DNA of 64,000 bases from Pseudomonadota bacterium. Lineage in GTDB: Bacteria > Myxococcota_A > Polyangia > Fen-1088. The first letter of the stretch is position 1; each line of letters starts with the position of its first letter. Where the stretch lies: NCBI GenBank assembly GCA_023438785.1, contig JAEXQJ010000307.1, positions 2,093 through 66,092 of the forward strand, read 5' to 3'. Of this stretch, positions 1 to 9,040 are shown one piece after another. The notes below the pieces were generated by a model. The model saw only the letters and a program-made list of their open reading frames with translations. It was not told the origin of the DNA and ran no database searches. The translations under genes and the position numbers were made by a program.

Positions 1-350
1 ACGGCGATGTCCGCGCCCTCATCGAGCGCCTGCAGCAGTCTCGGTACGTCCTTGGGATCATGCGAGAAGTCCGCGTCCATCTGCACGATGCGCTCCCAGC
101 CCTCGTCCAGGGCCACCGCGAAGGCATGCAAATAGGCGGCGCCCAGTCCCGCCTTCTCGGTGCGGTGAAGGACCCGGACCTGCGCATCACGCTTGGCGAT
201 CGCGTCGGCCAGCTCTCCCGTACCGTCGGGCGAATTGTCGTCGACCACCATGACGGTCGCAGCGGGCACGGCGGCGCGCACGGCGGAGACGATGGCCTCC
301 AGGCAGTCGCGCTCGTTGTAGGTGGGAATGGCAATGATGGTCTTGGGCAC
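1..350 (-). CDS. Family-2 glycosyltransferase (dolichyl-phosphate mannose synthase-like). GTG start near 350; the 3' end runs off the window.
   Basis: Reverse-strand translation from ~350 reads VPKTIIAIPTYNERDCLEAIV...VVDDNSPDGTGELAD...QMDADFSHDP, the GT2 DxD/DAD motifs. It is not in the ORF track because the ORF is open at the window edge. Confidence 0.7.
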   Translation of the reverse strand, partial: MPKTIIAIPTYNERDCLEAIVSAVRAAVPAATVMVVDDNSPDGTGELADAIAKRDAQVRVLHRTEKAGLGAAYLHAFAVALDEGWERIVQMDADFSHDPKDVPRLLQALDEGADIA

Positions 351-406
351 GGTTCGGCGATCTTTCGGTGAATGGCCGGGACGTTGTGGTCTTCTCGATG
401 AAAGGC

Positions 407-1411
407 CTACGAGGTCGGCGCGCGCCCCTGCAGAGCGGCTCGCACGTCGGCTTCGTCGTGTTTGACCATCATCTGGATGAGCTCGCGGAAGCAAACGCGA
501 GGCTTCCACCCCAGGGCCTTGGCGGCCTTGCTGTAGTCACCCCGCAGGTGATCCACCTCGGTCGGTCGCAGGTAGCGCGGATCGGTCTCCACGTACTTCT
601 GCCAGTCCAAGTCCAAGGTGCTGAACGCCACCTCCAGCGCCTCGCGCACGGAGTGCGATTCGCCGGTGGCGATGACGTAGTCGTCGGGCCGCTCCTGCTG
701 GAGCATGAGCCACATGGCGTGCACGTAGTCGCCCGCAAAGCCCCAGTCGCGCTGAGCGTCTAGGTTGCCCATGTACAGCTTCTTGTCCAAGCCGTGCTTG
801 ATGCGAGCCACGGCGCGCGTGATCTTGCGGGTCACGAACGGAATGCCACGCCTGGGAGACTCGTGGTTGAAGAGGATGCCGCAGCAGATGAACATGCCGT
901 AGGCCTCGCGGTAGTTCTGGCAGAGCTGGTGCGCGAACACCTTGGCGCAGGCATACGGACTGCGCGGCCGGAACGGCGTCGATTCATTCTGCGGCGGCGG
1001 AGAGCCACCGAACATCTCGCTCGACGAGGCCTGGTACAGCCGGCAGCGCGCGCCCGTCTCCCGGACGGCCTCCAGCAACCGCAGCGTCCCCATGGCCACC
1101 GTATTGGCCGTGTAGTCCGGCACATCGAAGCTCACCCTGACGTGGCTCTGGGCGCCCAGGTTGTAGATTTCGTCGGGCGGTAGGGTCTCGATGATGCGGT
1201 TGAGTGAGCTCGCGTCGTCCAGGTCGCCGTACACCAATTTGAGCCGGTAGTCGGAGCTGTGCGGATCCTGGTAGATGGAATCGATACGCTCGGTGTTGAA
1301 CGAGCTGGAGCGGCGGATCACGCCCACCACCTCGTAGCCCTTCGCGAGCAGCAGCTCGGCCAGATACGAGCCATCCTGGCCCGTGATTCCGGTGATGAGA
1401 GCGCGCTTCAT
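407..1411 (-). CDS. gmd: GDP-mannose 4,6-dehydratase
   Basis: [22 protein letters not shown]...YGDL...SHV, the classic Gmd short-chain dehydrogenase N-terminus and catalytic motifs. GGAGGAG Shine-Dalgarno sits 6 nt upstream of the ATG at 1411. The track ORF carries a 25-codon upstream extension. Confidence 0.92.
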   Translation of the reverse strand: MKRALITGITGQDGSYLAELLLAKGYEVVGVIRRSSSFNTERIDSIYQDPHSSDYRLKLVYGDLDDASSLNRIIETLPPDEIYNLGAQSHVRVSFDVPDYTANTVAMGTLRLLEAVRETGARCRLYQASSSEMFGGSPPPQNESTPFRPRSPYACAKVFAHQLCQNYREAYGMFICCGILFNHESPRRGIPFVTRKITRAVARIKHGLDKKLYMGNLDAQRDWGFAGDYVHAMWLMLQQERPDDYVIATGESHSVREALEVAFSTLDLDWQKYVETDPRYLRPTEVDHLRGDYSKAAKALGWKPRVCFRELIQMMVKHDEADVRAALQGRAPTS

Positions 1412-1501
1412 TAAGATCTCCTCCTTGCCGTCCTGGTCCTCGAAGTCGCCGCCGATGCGCCGACCGGGGCGCTGTTCATACCGCATGCGCCCCCCGCGAG
1501 G

Positions 1502-2707
1502 CTAGTTCCCCCCTGCCCCAGCGCCTCCATCCACGGGCAGCACGGCTTCGCGCAGCGAGCGTCTGCCCGCCACGACTTGGGCCGAAATGGTGGTCAGCTC
1601 GGCGAGCGTCCTGCTGGCGTCCTTGGGCAGAGTCGACGCCCCGCCCATCTGCACAGTCGCGCCGTAGGTGGTGACGACGAAGATGCGCACGACCTCGGCG
1701 CGTTCTGCGGGAAAGGCGGTACCGTAGGCCTCGATCAGATCCACCACGTCCCGCGGCGGCTTGCCACGCAGGACGGCCATGGCCCACGCGCCCAGGAGCT
1801 TGGCCTGTGAGTTCCTGAAGGGTCCCAGCACGGCCGCGGGACTCACGCCGGGGGGAAAGCGGTTCGACGCGAACTGGGCGTAGAAGGATTCGGGCGCCAC
1901 GCGGGCGCCGACGGATTTGGCCTGGGCCATGCGGTAGATGACCGTGGCGGCCACGCCCGGCTCGTTGAGCATCTGTCGCGCGCTCCGCAGCACGGTTCCG
2001 CCTTGGCTCAGAACGTAGCGGTTCTCACGCACGTCCCCGAACAGCGCGCGTTGGGACCCGGAGCCCTCGTTGTACTGCACCACGCCCGCCGGACCCGTGC
2101 CCAGGCGCCACTCGCGCGCGATGACCTCCATGGCCATCCGATAGCCATCCACCAGAACACGCGGAGGCGCAGCGGCCTCGTTCAGCATGCCGCCCGTGGC
2201 CACAAGGTGTGCCGCGAACTCGGCCAAACGTCCTGACACGGTCTGGACCAGCGCTCTGTCGCGCGACGGATCCGCGGCCAACCCAATCCACGGCAACCCG
2301 GGCCGCGGCACCGGCTTGCCGAAGCTTGCGGTCTGCGCCAGTCCCATCCCGTAGCCCGGCCTATCGAGCCCCAGCAACAGGCAGACCGTGTCTGTGGCGG
2401 CGGGGCGCTGGGCTCCTGGGAAACGGCGCCCCTCGACCACGGCGTCTCGCAGAAACTGCTTGGCCACGTAGATGGTACGCAGCATTTCGGAGGCGAAACC
2501 CTCCTCAAGCAGGCGCGGCAAAGGTTGTACAGACTCGTCTTTGATCTCGAGGCGCCGAACCGTGGGCAGAGCGTTGCCGGGTTCCGTCACCGGGGCCATC
2601 AGCGTGTACGAATCGGGCGCGCCCATGGGCTTGTTGGGATCCGGTCGGCAGGCACAGGCCAGGGCGATCGCCACCCAGGCCACCCAGCGGGGAATTCCTT
2701 GGAGCAT
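1502..2707 (-). CDS. Hypothetical secreted/lipoprotein (about 400 aa)
   Basis: N-terminal hydrophobic segment with Cys (VAWVAIALACACRP). High-GC codon usage. I recognise no family. Confidence 0.55.
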   Translation of the reverse strand: MLQGIPRWVAWVAIALACACRPDPNKPMGAPDSYTLMAPVTEPGNALPTVRRLEIKDESVQPLPRLLEEGFASEMLRTIYVAKQFLRDAVVEGRRFPGAQRPAATDTVCLLLGLDRPGYGMGLAQTASFGKPVPRPGLPWIGLAADPSRDRALVQTVSGRLAEFAAHLVATGGMLNEAAAPPRVLVDGYRMAMEVIAREWRLGTGPAGVVQYNEGSGSQRALFGDVRENRYVLSQGGTVLRSARQMLNEPGVAATVIYRMAQAKSVGARVAPESFYAQFASNRFPPGVSPAAVLGPFRNSQAKLLGAWAMAVLRGKPPRDVVDLIEAYGTAFPAERAEVVRIFVVTTYGATVQMGGASTLPKDASRTLAELTTISAQVVAGRRSLREAVLPVDGGAGAGGN

Positions 2708-2828
2708 GCGCGGACTCTACAACGCCCCCGCGGTCCGCACAGAACGCTTCCCGGCACCGTCAGGCGCGGATGACGTGAGCCACCGGGCCACCGGGTCTCG
2801 GTCTGGCGGCTCTGGCCCCGCGGCGAGA

Positions 2829-3755
2829 TCAGCGCTGGGCCACGTAGGCGATCACGCCGTAGCGCTTCTCGAAGGCGACCTTGCCGGCGAGTGCGTCTTT
2901 GGCGCTGGCAAAATCGCCCAATCGGACGCGGTACCACGTGCCCTTACCGGGGATTTCGGAGACCACCATGTAGGTCTTTTCCGCATCGAACTTCTTGGCG
3001 AACGCCTCGGCTTCGCCGCGCGTCTGAAACGAGCTGAGCTGCAGGGTGAAACGCGTCTTGCTTTTGGCGGCCTCGGTCGCAGTCGCGGCGATCACCGGGA
3101 CGGCCGCAGCCTTGGCTTCGGTCGGCTTGGGTGCGAGCTTGGTCTGGGGTACCGCATTGGCGGACTCGGGTGTCTTCACGTCGAGCTTGGCCACCTGCTT
3201 GGCCTCGGGCTTGGCTGCTTCGGCGGACTTGGGTGCCGCGGCTCTGGCCGGCTCGTCCTCGGCGACGGGCCTGGCGACGCCCTTGGCGCCCTCCCCGGCC
3301 TTGTCCTCAGGCTTGGCGGTCTGAGCGGGCTTGGCCGGCTCGGGCTTGGCCGGCTGAACGAGCTTGGCCGCCTCGGGCTTCGGCACATCGAGGCTGGTCG
3401 TCTCCACCGGCTTGGGATCTGGCTTCGCTCCGGCCTTCTTGCCGGTGGCCCCGGTCTTCCCGAACAGCGTCTGCGGGAACGTCACGGCCACGGCCTGACT
3501 GGCGCGCGGCGCGGCCGCGACCTTGTCGAGCAGAGCCAAGGGGTCCTCGGCTTCGGGCGCCACCGCGCGACCGCGCGACTCCAGTCGCTTGCCCACGATC
3601 ACACCGAGGACGAACAGCAGGCACGCCACCAGCGCACTGCCGAAGAACAGGAAGAAGACTTGCCGGTTGTCGAGGCGGACTTCGATCTTGTCGCGCCAGC
3701 GCTCGATATCGCGGAGGCCTCGCTCATCCATCGCTGCTCCGGAAGTGTAGCTCAT
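2829..3755 (-). CDS. SPOR-domain cell-division/peptidoglycan-binding protein with a TM anchor and a PAKPE-rich linker
   Basis: One TM segment (VFFLFFGSALVACLLFVLGVIVG), a long Pro/Ala/Lys/Glu low-complexity linker, and a C-terminal SPOR fold (FTLQLSSFQTRGEAEAFAKKF...GTWYRVRLGDF). The start was re-set to the ATG at 3755, which has a GAGGAG Shine-Dalgarno, so it does not overlap argS. Confidence 0.75.
   Translation of the reverse strand: MSYTSGAAMDERGLRDIERWRDKIEVRLDNRQVFFLFFGSALVACLLFVLGVIVGKRLESRGRAVAPEAEDPLALLDKVAAAPRASQAVAVTFPQTLFGKTGATGKKAGAKPDPKPVETTSLDVPKPEAAKLVQPAKPEPAKPAQTAKPEDKAGEGAKGVARPVAEDEPARAAAPKSAEAAKPEAKQVAKLDVKTPESANAVPQTKLAPKPTEAKAAAVPVIAATATEAAKSKTRFTLQLSSFQTRGEAEAFAKKFDAEKTYMVVSEIPGKGTWYRVRLGDFASAKDALAGKVAFEKRYGVIAYVAQR
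3290..3420. repeat. Imperfect short tandem repeats (gcttggccggctcgggctt-like) encoding the PAKPE linker of the SPOR protein
   Basis: Repeated ggcttggcc/ggcttcgg units are visible in the sequence. They match the AKPEPAKPAQTAKPE low-complexity peptide. Confidence 0.5.
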
Positions 3756-3792
3756 GGGCCGCTCCTCAGGAAAAACGCTTGCTGCCGATCGG

Positions 3793-5577
3793 CTAGGACG
3801 CATCCTCCGCTTCCCCTTCGCCAATGCGCTTCATGGCCTGCGGCGCCGAGACGCCCAGCAGGCCGAGCGCGATCTCCAGCACCTGGCGGATTGACTCGAC
3901 CCACAACAGCCGGGCGCCAGTCTTCTGCCAATCCCAGGTGGCGCGCCAGTCACCCACGCGCTGGCTCTCCTGGGGCAGGATGGTGTCGTTGCGGTTCTTG
4001 GTGACGGTGTAATAGCTCTGGAACAGGCCGGCCAGCTCCTGAATGTACTGCACCAGCCGGTGCGGCTCGCGCGCCGCTGCCGCGTCGGCCACGAAGTCCG
4101 GGAAGTCGGACAGCCGGCGCATGATGGCGATTTCCTCGGGCAGGGCCAGTTGAGCGGTCACCGCAGGCGAGGCGGCGAGGCGCGGCGCCTGCAGCTCGTC
4201 TGCCCGACGCAGAATCGACGCGCACCGGGCGTGGGCGTACTGCGCGTAGTACACGGGATTGTCCATCGACTGACGCTTGGCCAACTCGAGGTCGAACTCC
4301 AACGGCGTATCGTGCCGCCGCATGAGGTAGAAGAAGCGCGTGGCATCGCGGCCGATTTCCTCGATGACCGCGTCGAGCGTAACGAACTCGCCCTCCCGCT
4401 TGCCCATGGGCACCGGCTTGCCGTTGCGGAGCAGGCTGACCATTTGGATGAGCAACACGGAGAGCCGGTCCGGGTCGTGCCCGAGGGCCTTGAGGGCCGC
4501 CTTCATGCGCGGCACGTGGCCGTGGTGGTCGGCGCCCCAGATATCACAGAGATCGTCGAAGCCTCGCTCGATCTTCTTGCGGTGGTAGGCGATGTCGGCC
4601 AGCAGGTACGTGGGCAGGCCCCCCGTTTTCACCACCACGCGATCCTTGTCGTCACCCCACAAAACGGTGGTCTTCAACCACACCGCATCGTCGCGGCGAT
4701 CGATGTAGCCGGCCCTGTCCAGCACGTCCAGTGTCCCCGTCACGTCGCCGCTGTCGTGCAAGGCACGTTCGCTCTGCCACACGTCGAAGCTCACGTCGAA
4801 GCGGCCGAGGGTGCCCTTGATCATGTCCAGGCAGCGCTGGATGCCGAACTGCTTGATGGGCTCGATGTCGGCCGGCGGCTCAGCGCTGATCCACTTGCCG
4901 CCGTCACGCTGGAACAACTCGCGTCCCAGCCCCTTGATGTAGTCACCGCGGTAGCCGTTCTCGGGAAACGCCACCTCGGGCACGGATGCATCGGCGGCGC
5001 GCGCCTCCTCCATATAGCGGGTCCACACGGACAGGGCCAGCATGGCCACCTGGTTGCCCGCATCGTTGATGTAGAACTCGCGGACCACGTCGTAGCCCGC
5101 AAAGCGCAGCAGGCGGGTCAGAGAGTCGCCGACCGCCGCGTGGCGGCCGTGGGCGAAGTGGAGGGGCCCGGTGGGGTTGGCCGACAGGTACTCGACCAGC
5201 ACGCGCGGTGCCTTCTTCGCCTCTCCCCTGCCCCATTCCTTCCCGGCGCCCAAGATGTCCAGCAGGCGCCGCTGCCAGAAGGAATCGGAGAACTTCAGGT
5301 TAATGAACCCGGGGCCGGCCACCGAAACCTCGGCCAGGTCGACGCCACCCACCGCACGCAATCGCTCTGCCAGGGCCTCGCCCAGCACGCGCGGCGGTTT
5401 GCCCGCGCCCTTGGCCAGAGCAAGGGCCACGTTGGAGGCGAAGTCGCCATGCTCGGGGCGCTTGGCTCTCTCGACGGGGATGGAGGCCGGGAGCTCGGTG
5501 AGCAGTCCATCGGCCTTCGCCTTCTCTAGAGCGGCCTGCAAGAGGCCTCGGGCTGTGCTGCGTACGCTGGAGGTCAT
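3793..5577 (-). CDS. argS: Arginine--tRNA ligase
   Basis: 594 aa. Has the Arg-tRNA synthetase N-domain, the class I HIGH-like motif (PTGPLHFAHGRHA), the KMSK-like region and a DALR anticodon-binding C-terminus. Confidence 0.95.
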   Translation of the reverse strand: MTSSVRSTARGLLQAALEKAKADGLLTELPASIPVERAKRPEHGDFASNVALALAKGAGKPPRVLGEALAERLRAVGGVDLAEVSVAGPGFINLKFSDSFWQRRLLDILGAGKEWGRGEAKKAPRVLVEYLSANPTGPLHFAHGRHAAVGDSLTRLLRFAGYDVVREFYINDAGNQVAMLALSVWTRYMEEARAADASVPEVAFPENGYRGDYIKGLGRELFQRDGGKWISAEPPADIEPIKQFGIQRCLDMIKGTLGRFDVSFDVWQSERALHDSGDVTGTLDVLDRAGYIDRRDDAVWLKTTVLWGDDKDRVVVKTGGLPTYLLADIAYHRKKIERGFDDLCDIWGADHHGHVPRMKAALKALGHDPDRLSVLLIQMVSLLRNGKPVPMGKREGEFVTLDAVIEEIGRDATRFFYLMRRHDTPLEFDLELAKRQSMDNPVYYAQYAHARCASILRRADELQAPRLAASPAVTAQLALPEEIAIMRRLSDFPDFVADAAAAREPHRLVQYIQELAGLFQSYYTVTKNRNDTILPQESQRVGDWRATWDWQKTGARLLWVESIRQVLEIALGLLGVSAPQAMKRIGEGEAEDAS

Positions 5578-5710
5578 TTGCCTACACTGTAGGGCTTGGT
5601 CGCACCGGGTGTCAAACTTCCCAACGCGGGCGCCATGCCTGGCCCCTCACATCGGGAGATTCCGAGCCCTGCTGAGGGCTCCATCCGCTCAGCGGCGCGC
5701 CCCATGGCGC

Positions 5711-8700
5711 CTACTGAATCTGGAAGGTAGCGCTGCCCGTCACCGCCGGGCTGAACGCGGCATAGGCATCGGACGAACGGCGCGGGTTGATACGCAGGAT
5801 TTGACCGCGGGCTGGACTGAGCGACGAGCTGAGCGCCGTGCGGCCTTGGTCCACGAGGTACAGGTAGGGGTACTGAGTGGAGAACGGTGGCTGTCCCTCG
5901 ACTGGCACGAAGCTGCTCTGCCGGAAGGGACTCTCGGGAGTCCGCGTGGGCCCCACCACGATGCGCACGCCCTGGCTCAGCATGATGTCGTACGAGGGAA
6001 TGAGCACCGTCTCGGGGGTCACGCCGTCGGACACGTCCAGCCGGAAGCCCAGCCCGTCACCTCCGTATTGCTCCAGATTGGTCAAGACGAACCGAATCTG
6101 GGTGTTCTGGAAGACCGCCTTGGTGTGAATGCCCAGCGCGGTTCCGTTGGTTAGTGTCACGTTGGCCATAAGCAGGCAGGGGTCGGGCGCGACCACCCGG
6201 TCGATGGAAAGCGAAGCCTCGGGCGGCGTGTTCACCTGCCCGGGTTGGTTACCCTGGGCCGGCTGGTCATCCTGGAAGCTCGTGCAGAAAGGCGCGGAGA
6301 GCGGGATGCGGTCCGGCGGCACGCTCGTGTCGCGCACACACTGCCCGCCGACCGTCTTGGCCGTCGGGGTCCTGGGCAGTGAGCTCCCGGTCACCACGAA
6401 GCTGCGTCCCGCATGCACGTTGTACGTGACGGAGGGCTGCGGCCAGCAGGCCGTATCCACCGGCGGCGCTTCCACGCAGAGCGGCCCGATCTCGGGCAGC
6501 ACCCCGGGCACGCTTTCGCACACGTTCCCAGGACGACAGAAGTTGTCACCTTGGGGCGACCCAGCCGCGGGACACCTCTTCACGCAGCGCCGAGGACCGC
6601 CCGCCTGGATCTGCAGACATTGGAATCCCGGGTCAGCTTGGCCGTCCGGCCAGTCAGCTCCGCTTGGCCGGTGCGCTGACGTGACATAACAGTCCGTGTC
6701 CGCCGCACACTCGTCCAGGGTCTGGCGCGACAGCGGCGGCCGCGATACGTCGTCCAATTTGAGCCCAAGCGTGAGTTGGGTGGGCGTTGCGGTTTGAATC
6801 TCGTATCGCCGGCGGCTGTTGAGCAAACGCGTGCACCGCTGCACCAGAGGCTTGCCGGCGGCGGAGTCCTTGGGCAGGCAAAGGCCTCGCACCCCGCCCG
6901 AGACGCGTCGACAGACGAACTCGTCTTGCGGCACGCAATCCGTGTCCTTGAGACAACCGGGCATCACGACCAAGTCGCCTGCCAGAACGCTGTGCGAGCA
7001 GAAGTCGCCTCCCGCATCGATGAGCGTCCCGGCCAGGTTCTCGGCGCCAGGGAGCACGGTCCCCGAGTCTCGACTCGTCTGCGGGAGCAACTCCTCCCAG
7101 ACGATGGTCCAGCGGTGCGAGACCGGCGACGTGGGGTCGGGGAACGCGGCCCACGAATGCTCGATGTTCCCGGTCGCTGACTGGTTCGCGCTCAGGGTGA
7201 TGGAATCCACGTAGGGCCCCTGCGTGGGCGACAGGGATGCGGTTGTGGCGAACAGCAGATCCGATGCGTTCTGCACGCGCAGGGGCGCCGTGTAGGTGGT
7301 GGGCTGTCGGGCACCGGCGTAGCCGGTCGAGCGGGCCTCGCGGAACGCGTGGGTTGCCGTGGAGCGGATGAACTCGAGCGCGAACTTGGCCGGGTCCGGA
7401 TCCTCGTTGGACCGCAGAATGAGCGGCTCAGGATTGGGCGCCAAATTGGTCACGTAGACCGTGCCGTTGGAGGCGAGCAGGAACCCGAACTGGCCCGTCA
7501 GGCCCTGGGGTTTGCTCAGCCAATTCGCCTCCGGGACATCCAACTCCGCGAAGGCAATGTCGCGCGCCAAGGGCGGCTGCACATCCTGTGAGGATAGGAC
7601 GGGGATGGTGATGCCCGGCCCAGAGGCCAGTGGACGCCGCGTTGCGCCCGGCGTTCCCACCGGAATGCACGGCCCGCTGAAGGGATCGGGCAGCCCGGTC
7701 ACGGGATCGGTCTCGGTGAGCCCGGACACGCCCAGGGTCTGGCGCAAAACGGCCTTGTTGGCTTCGCTCGGCTCGATGTTGACGTCGCACTCCCGGCCAA
7801 TGCCGTTGGCCAGGGTGGAATCGAGCTGAACAACGCGTACGGAAGCGTCGCGCGCGAAGGCGTACACGAACCGCCCCCGGTTGTCCAAGAAGTCCCCTTG
7901 CCCCACCTGCTGCCCATTCTCGACCCGCGGCTTGAAGGGATCGACCGTCAGGCGCAGCCGGTCAACGCCCACGGCATTCCCCGCCAGAAGCAGGCGGCCA
8001 CGGTCGACCAGCGCGGCCCCTTGCAGATCGAAGACCGAGATGAACGGAAGCTGGCTTGAGCCCACGTAGACGCGCGTGCCATCGGGGCTGACCGCCAGCG
8101 CGCTCACGCCGAGCGGGCCTGCCGTGGCGGAGCCGGCATTGTCCATCGCGGCGGCGTCGGAAGCGCCGCTGTCGTCCTCCTGCCCCGCGTCCTCCGCGCC
8201 TGCATCGACGAGGCTCGCGTCTGCAGGGCTGGGCGCGGCGCCTCCGTCCAGTGTGCCGAGGCAGTCATTCGCACACTCCGGCTCTGCCCCCGCTCGCACG
8301 GCGCCGCCCGCCTGGATGTAGTAAGAATCGAGGATTCGCCCCGAGGGCAGGTCGAGCAGCGCGAGCAGGTTGCAGTTCGGGAACGTGACCAGGGCCCTGG
8401 GGGCCTGGGTGGCGGAGCACAGCTGAGCAGGCTCAGTCGTCGGCAGAAAGGCAACCTCCCCGGGCGCGGCACGAAGCACGCGCCCTGAGGCCGTGGTCGG
8501 TTGAATGCGGGTCACCACCGCGCCCGCGCCGGAGGCGGCGCCCACGTCGTTGAACAGCGGCGAGAGCAGACGGGACGGATCGATCAACGCCAGATCGCAG
8601 GACTGCCGATTGGCCGTGGCCACCCAGCAGCCGTCCTGGCTGGCCGCTAGAGACTCGGGCATCGTGCCGACCGGGACGGTTCCGAACCCGGGGACGATCG

Positions 8701-9040
8701 GGTCCAGGTCCACCAGACGGTTCCGATCCAAGTCCACCACCGACAACTCGCCTCGGGAGGTGTTGGTCACCACGGCGAAGGTCCCCAGAGTGCGCGGCGA
8801 GGTCAGGCCCGGGCAGCTGTTGCTCGCCGTGGCCTGCGCGCAGGCCCCAGCGGGTTGGCACACGCGCATGGGCTGGCCCGTGAGCACCTCGGTGCCATTC
8901 CCATCCTGCACGGTGGCCAGGCAGAGGAAGCCCATATCCGAAGGCCGTTCCAGATTGCGCGCCGGAATGACCGTGGGCGTATCGCTGCAGGATGAGAGCA
9001 GCACGAGCAGGGAGACAGAGACAAGGGCGTAACGCTTCAT
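5711..9040 (-). CDS. Very large (1109 aa) lipoprotein with beta-propeller (YVTN/NHL-like) repeats and Cys-rich modules
   Basis: Lipoprotein signal (LLVLLSSCS). Repeats of the LAVSPDGTRVYVGS and GTVYVTNL type, plus many paired Cys in the distal half. Its ATG overlaps the stop of the upstream gene (ATGA). Confidence 0.7.
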   Translation of the reverse strand: MKRYALVSVSLLVLLSSCSDTPTVIPARNLERPSDMGFLCLATVQDGNGTEVLTGQPMRVCQPAGACAQATASNSCPGLTSPRTLGTFAVVTNTSRGELSVVDLDRNRLVDLDPIVPGFGTVPVGTMPESLAASQDGCWVATANRQSCDLALIDPSRLLSPLFNDVGAASGAGAVVTRIQPTTASGRVLRAAPGEVAFLPTTEPAQLCSATQAPRALVTFPNCNLLALLDLPSGRILDSYYIQAGGAVRAGAEPECANDCLGTLDGGAAPSPADASLVDAGAEDAGQEDDSGASDAAAMDNAGSATAGPLGVSALAVSPDGTRVYVGSSQLPFISVFDLQGAALVDRGRLLLAGNAVGVDRLRLTVDPFKPRVENGQQVGQGDFLDNRGRFVYAFARDASVRVVQLDSTLANGIGRECDVNIEPSEANKAVLRQTLGVSGLTETDPVTGLPDPFSGPCIPVGTPGATRRPLASGPGITIPVLSSQDVQPPLARDIAFAELDVPEANWLSKPQGLTGQFGFLLASNGTVYVTNLAPNPEPLILRSNEDPDPAKFALEFIRSTATHAFREARSTGYAGARQPTTYTAPLRVQNASDLLFATTASLSPTQGPYVDSITLSANQSATGNIEHSWAAFPDPTSPVSHRWTIVWEELLPQTSRDSGTVLPGAENLAGTLIDAGGDFCSHSVLAGDLVVMPGCLKDTDCVPQDEFVCRRVSGGVRGLCLPKDSAAGKPLVQRCTRLLNSRRRYEIQTATPTQLTLGLKLDDVSRPPLSRQTLDECAADTDCYVTSAHRPSGADWPDGQADPGFQCLQIQAGGPRRCVKRCPAAGSPQGDNFCRPGNVCESVPGVLPEIGPLCVEAPPVDTACWPQPSVTYNVHAGRSFVVTGSSLPRTPTAKTVGGQCVRDTSVPPDRIPLSAPFCTSFQDDQPAQGNQPGQVNTPPEASLSIDRVVAPDPCLLMANVTLTNGTALGIHTKAVFQNTQIRFVLTNLEQYGGDGLGFRLDVSDGVTPETVLIPSYDIMLSQGVRIVVGPTRTPESPFRQSSFVPVEGQPPFSTQYPYLYLVDQGRTALSSSLSPARGQILRINPRRSSDAYAAFSPAVTGSATFQIQ

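Noticed and set aside
2472-4004. 510-aa plus-strand ORF (Gly/Leu/Arg-rich)
   Set aside because: It is an antisense shadow of the SPOR-protein linker and the argS 3' end. The composition is low-complexity with no motifs. This is a typical stop-codon-poor frame in 70%-GC DNA.
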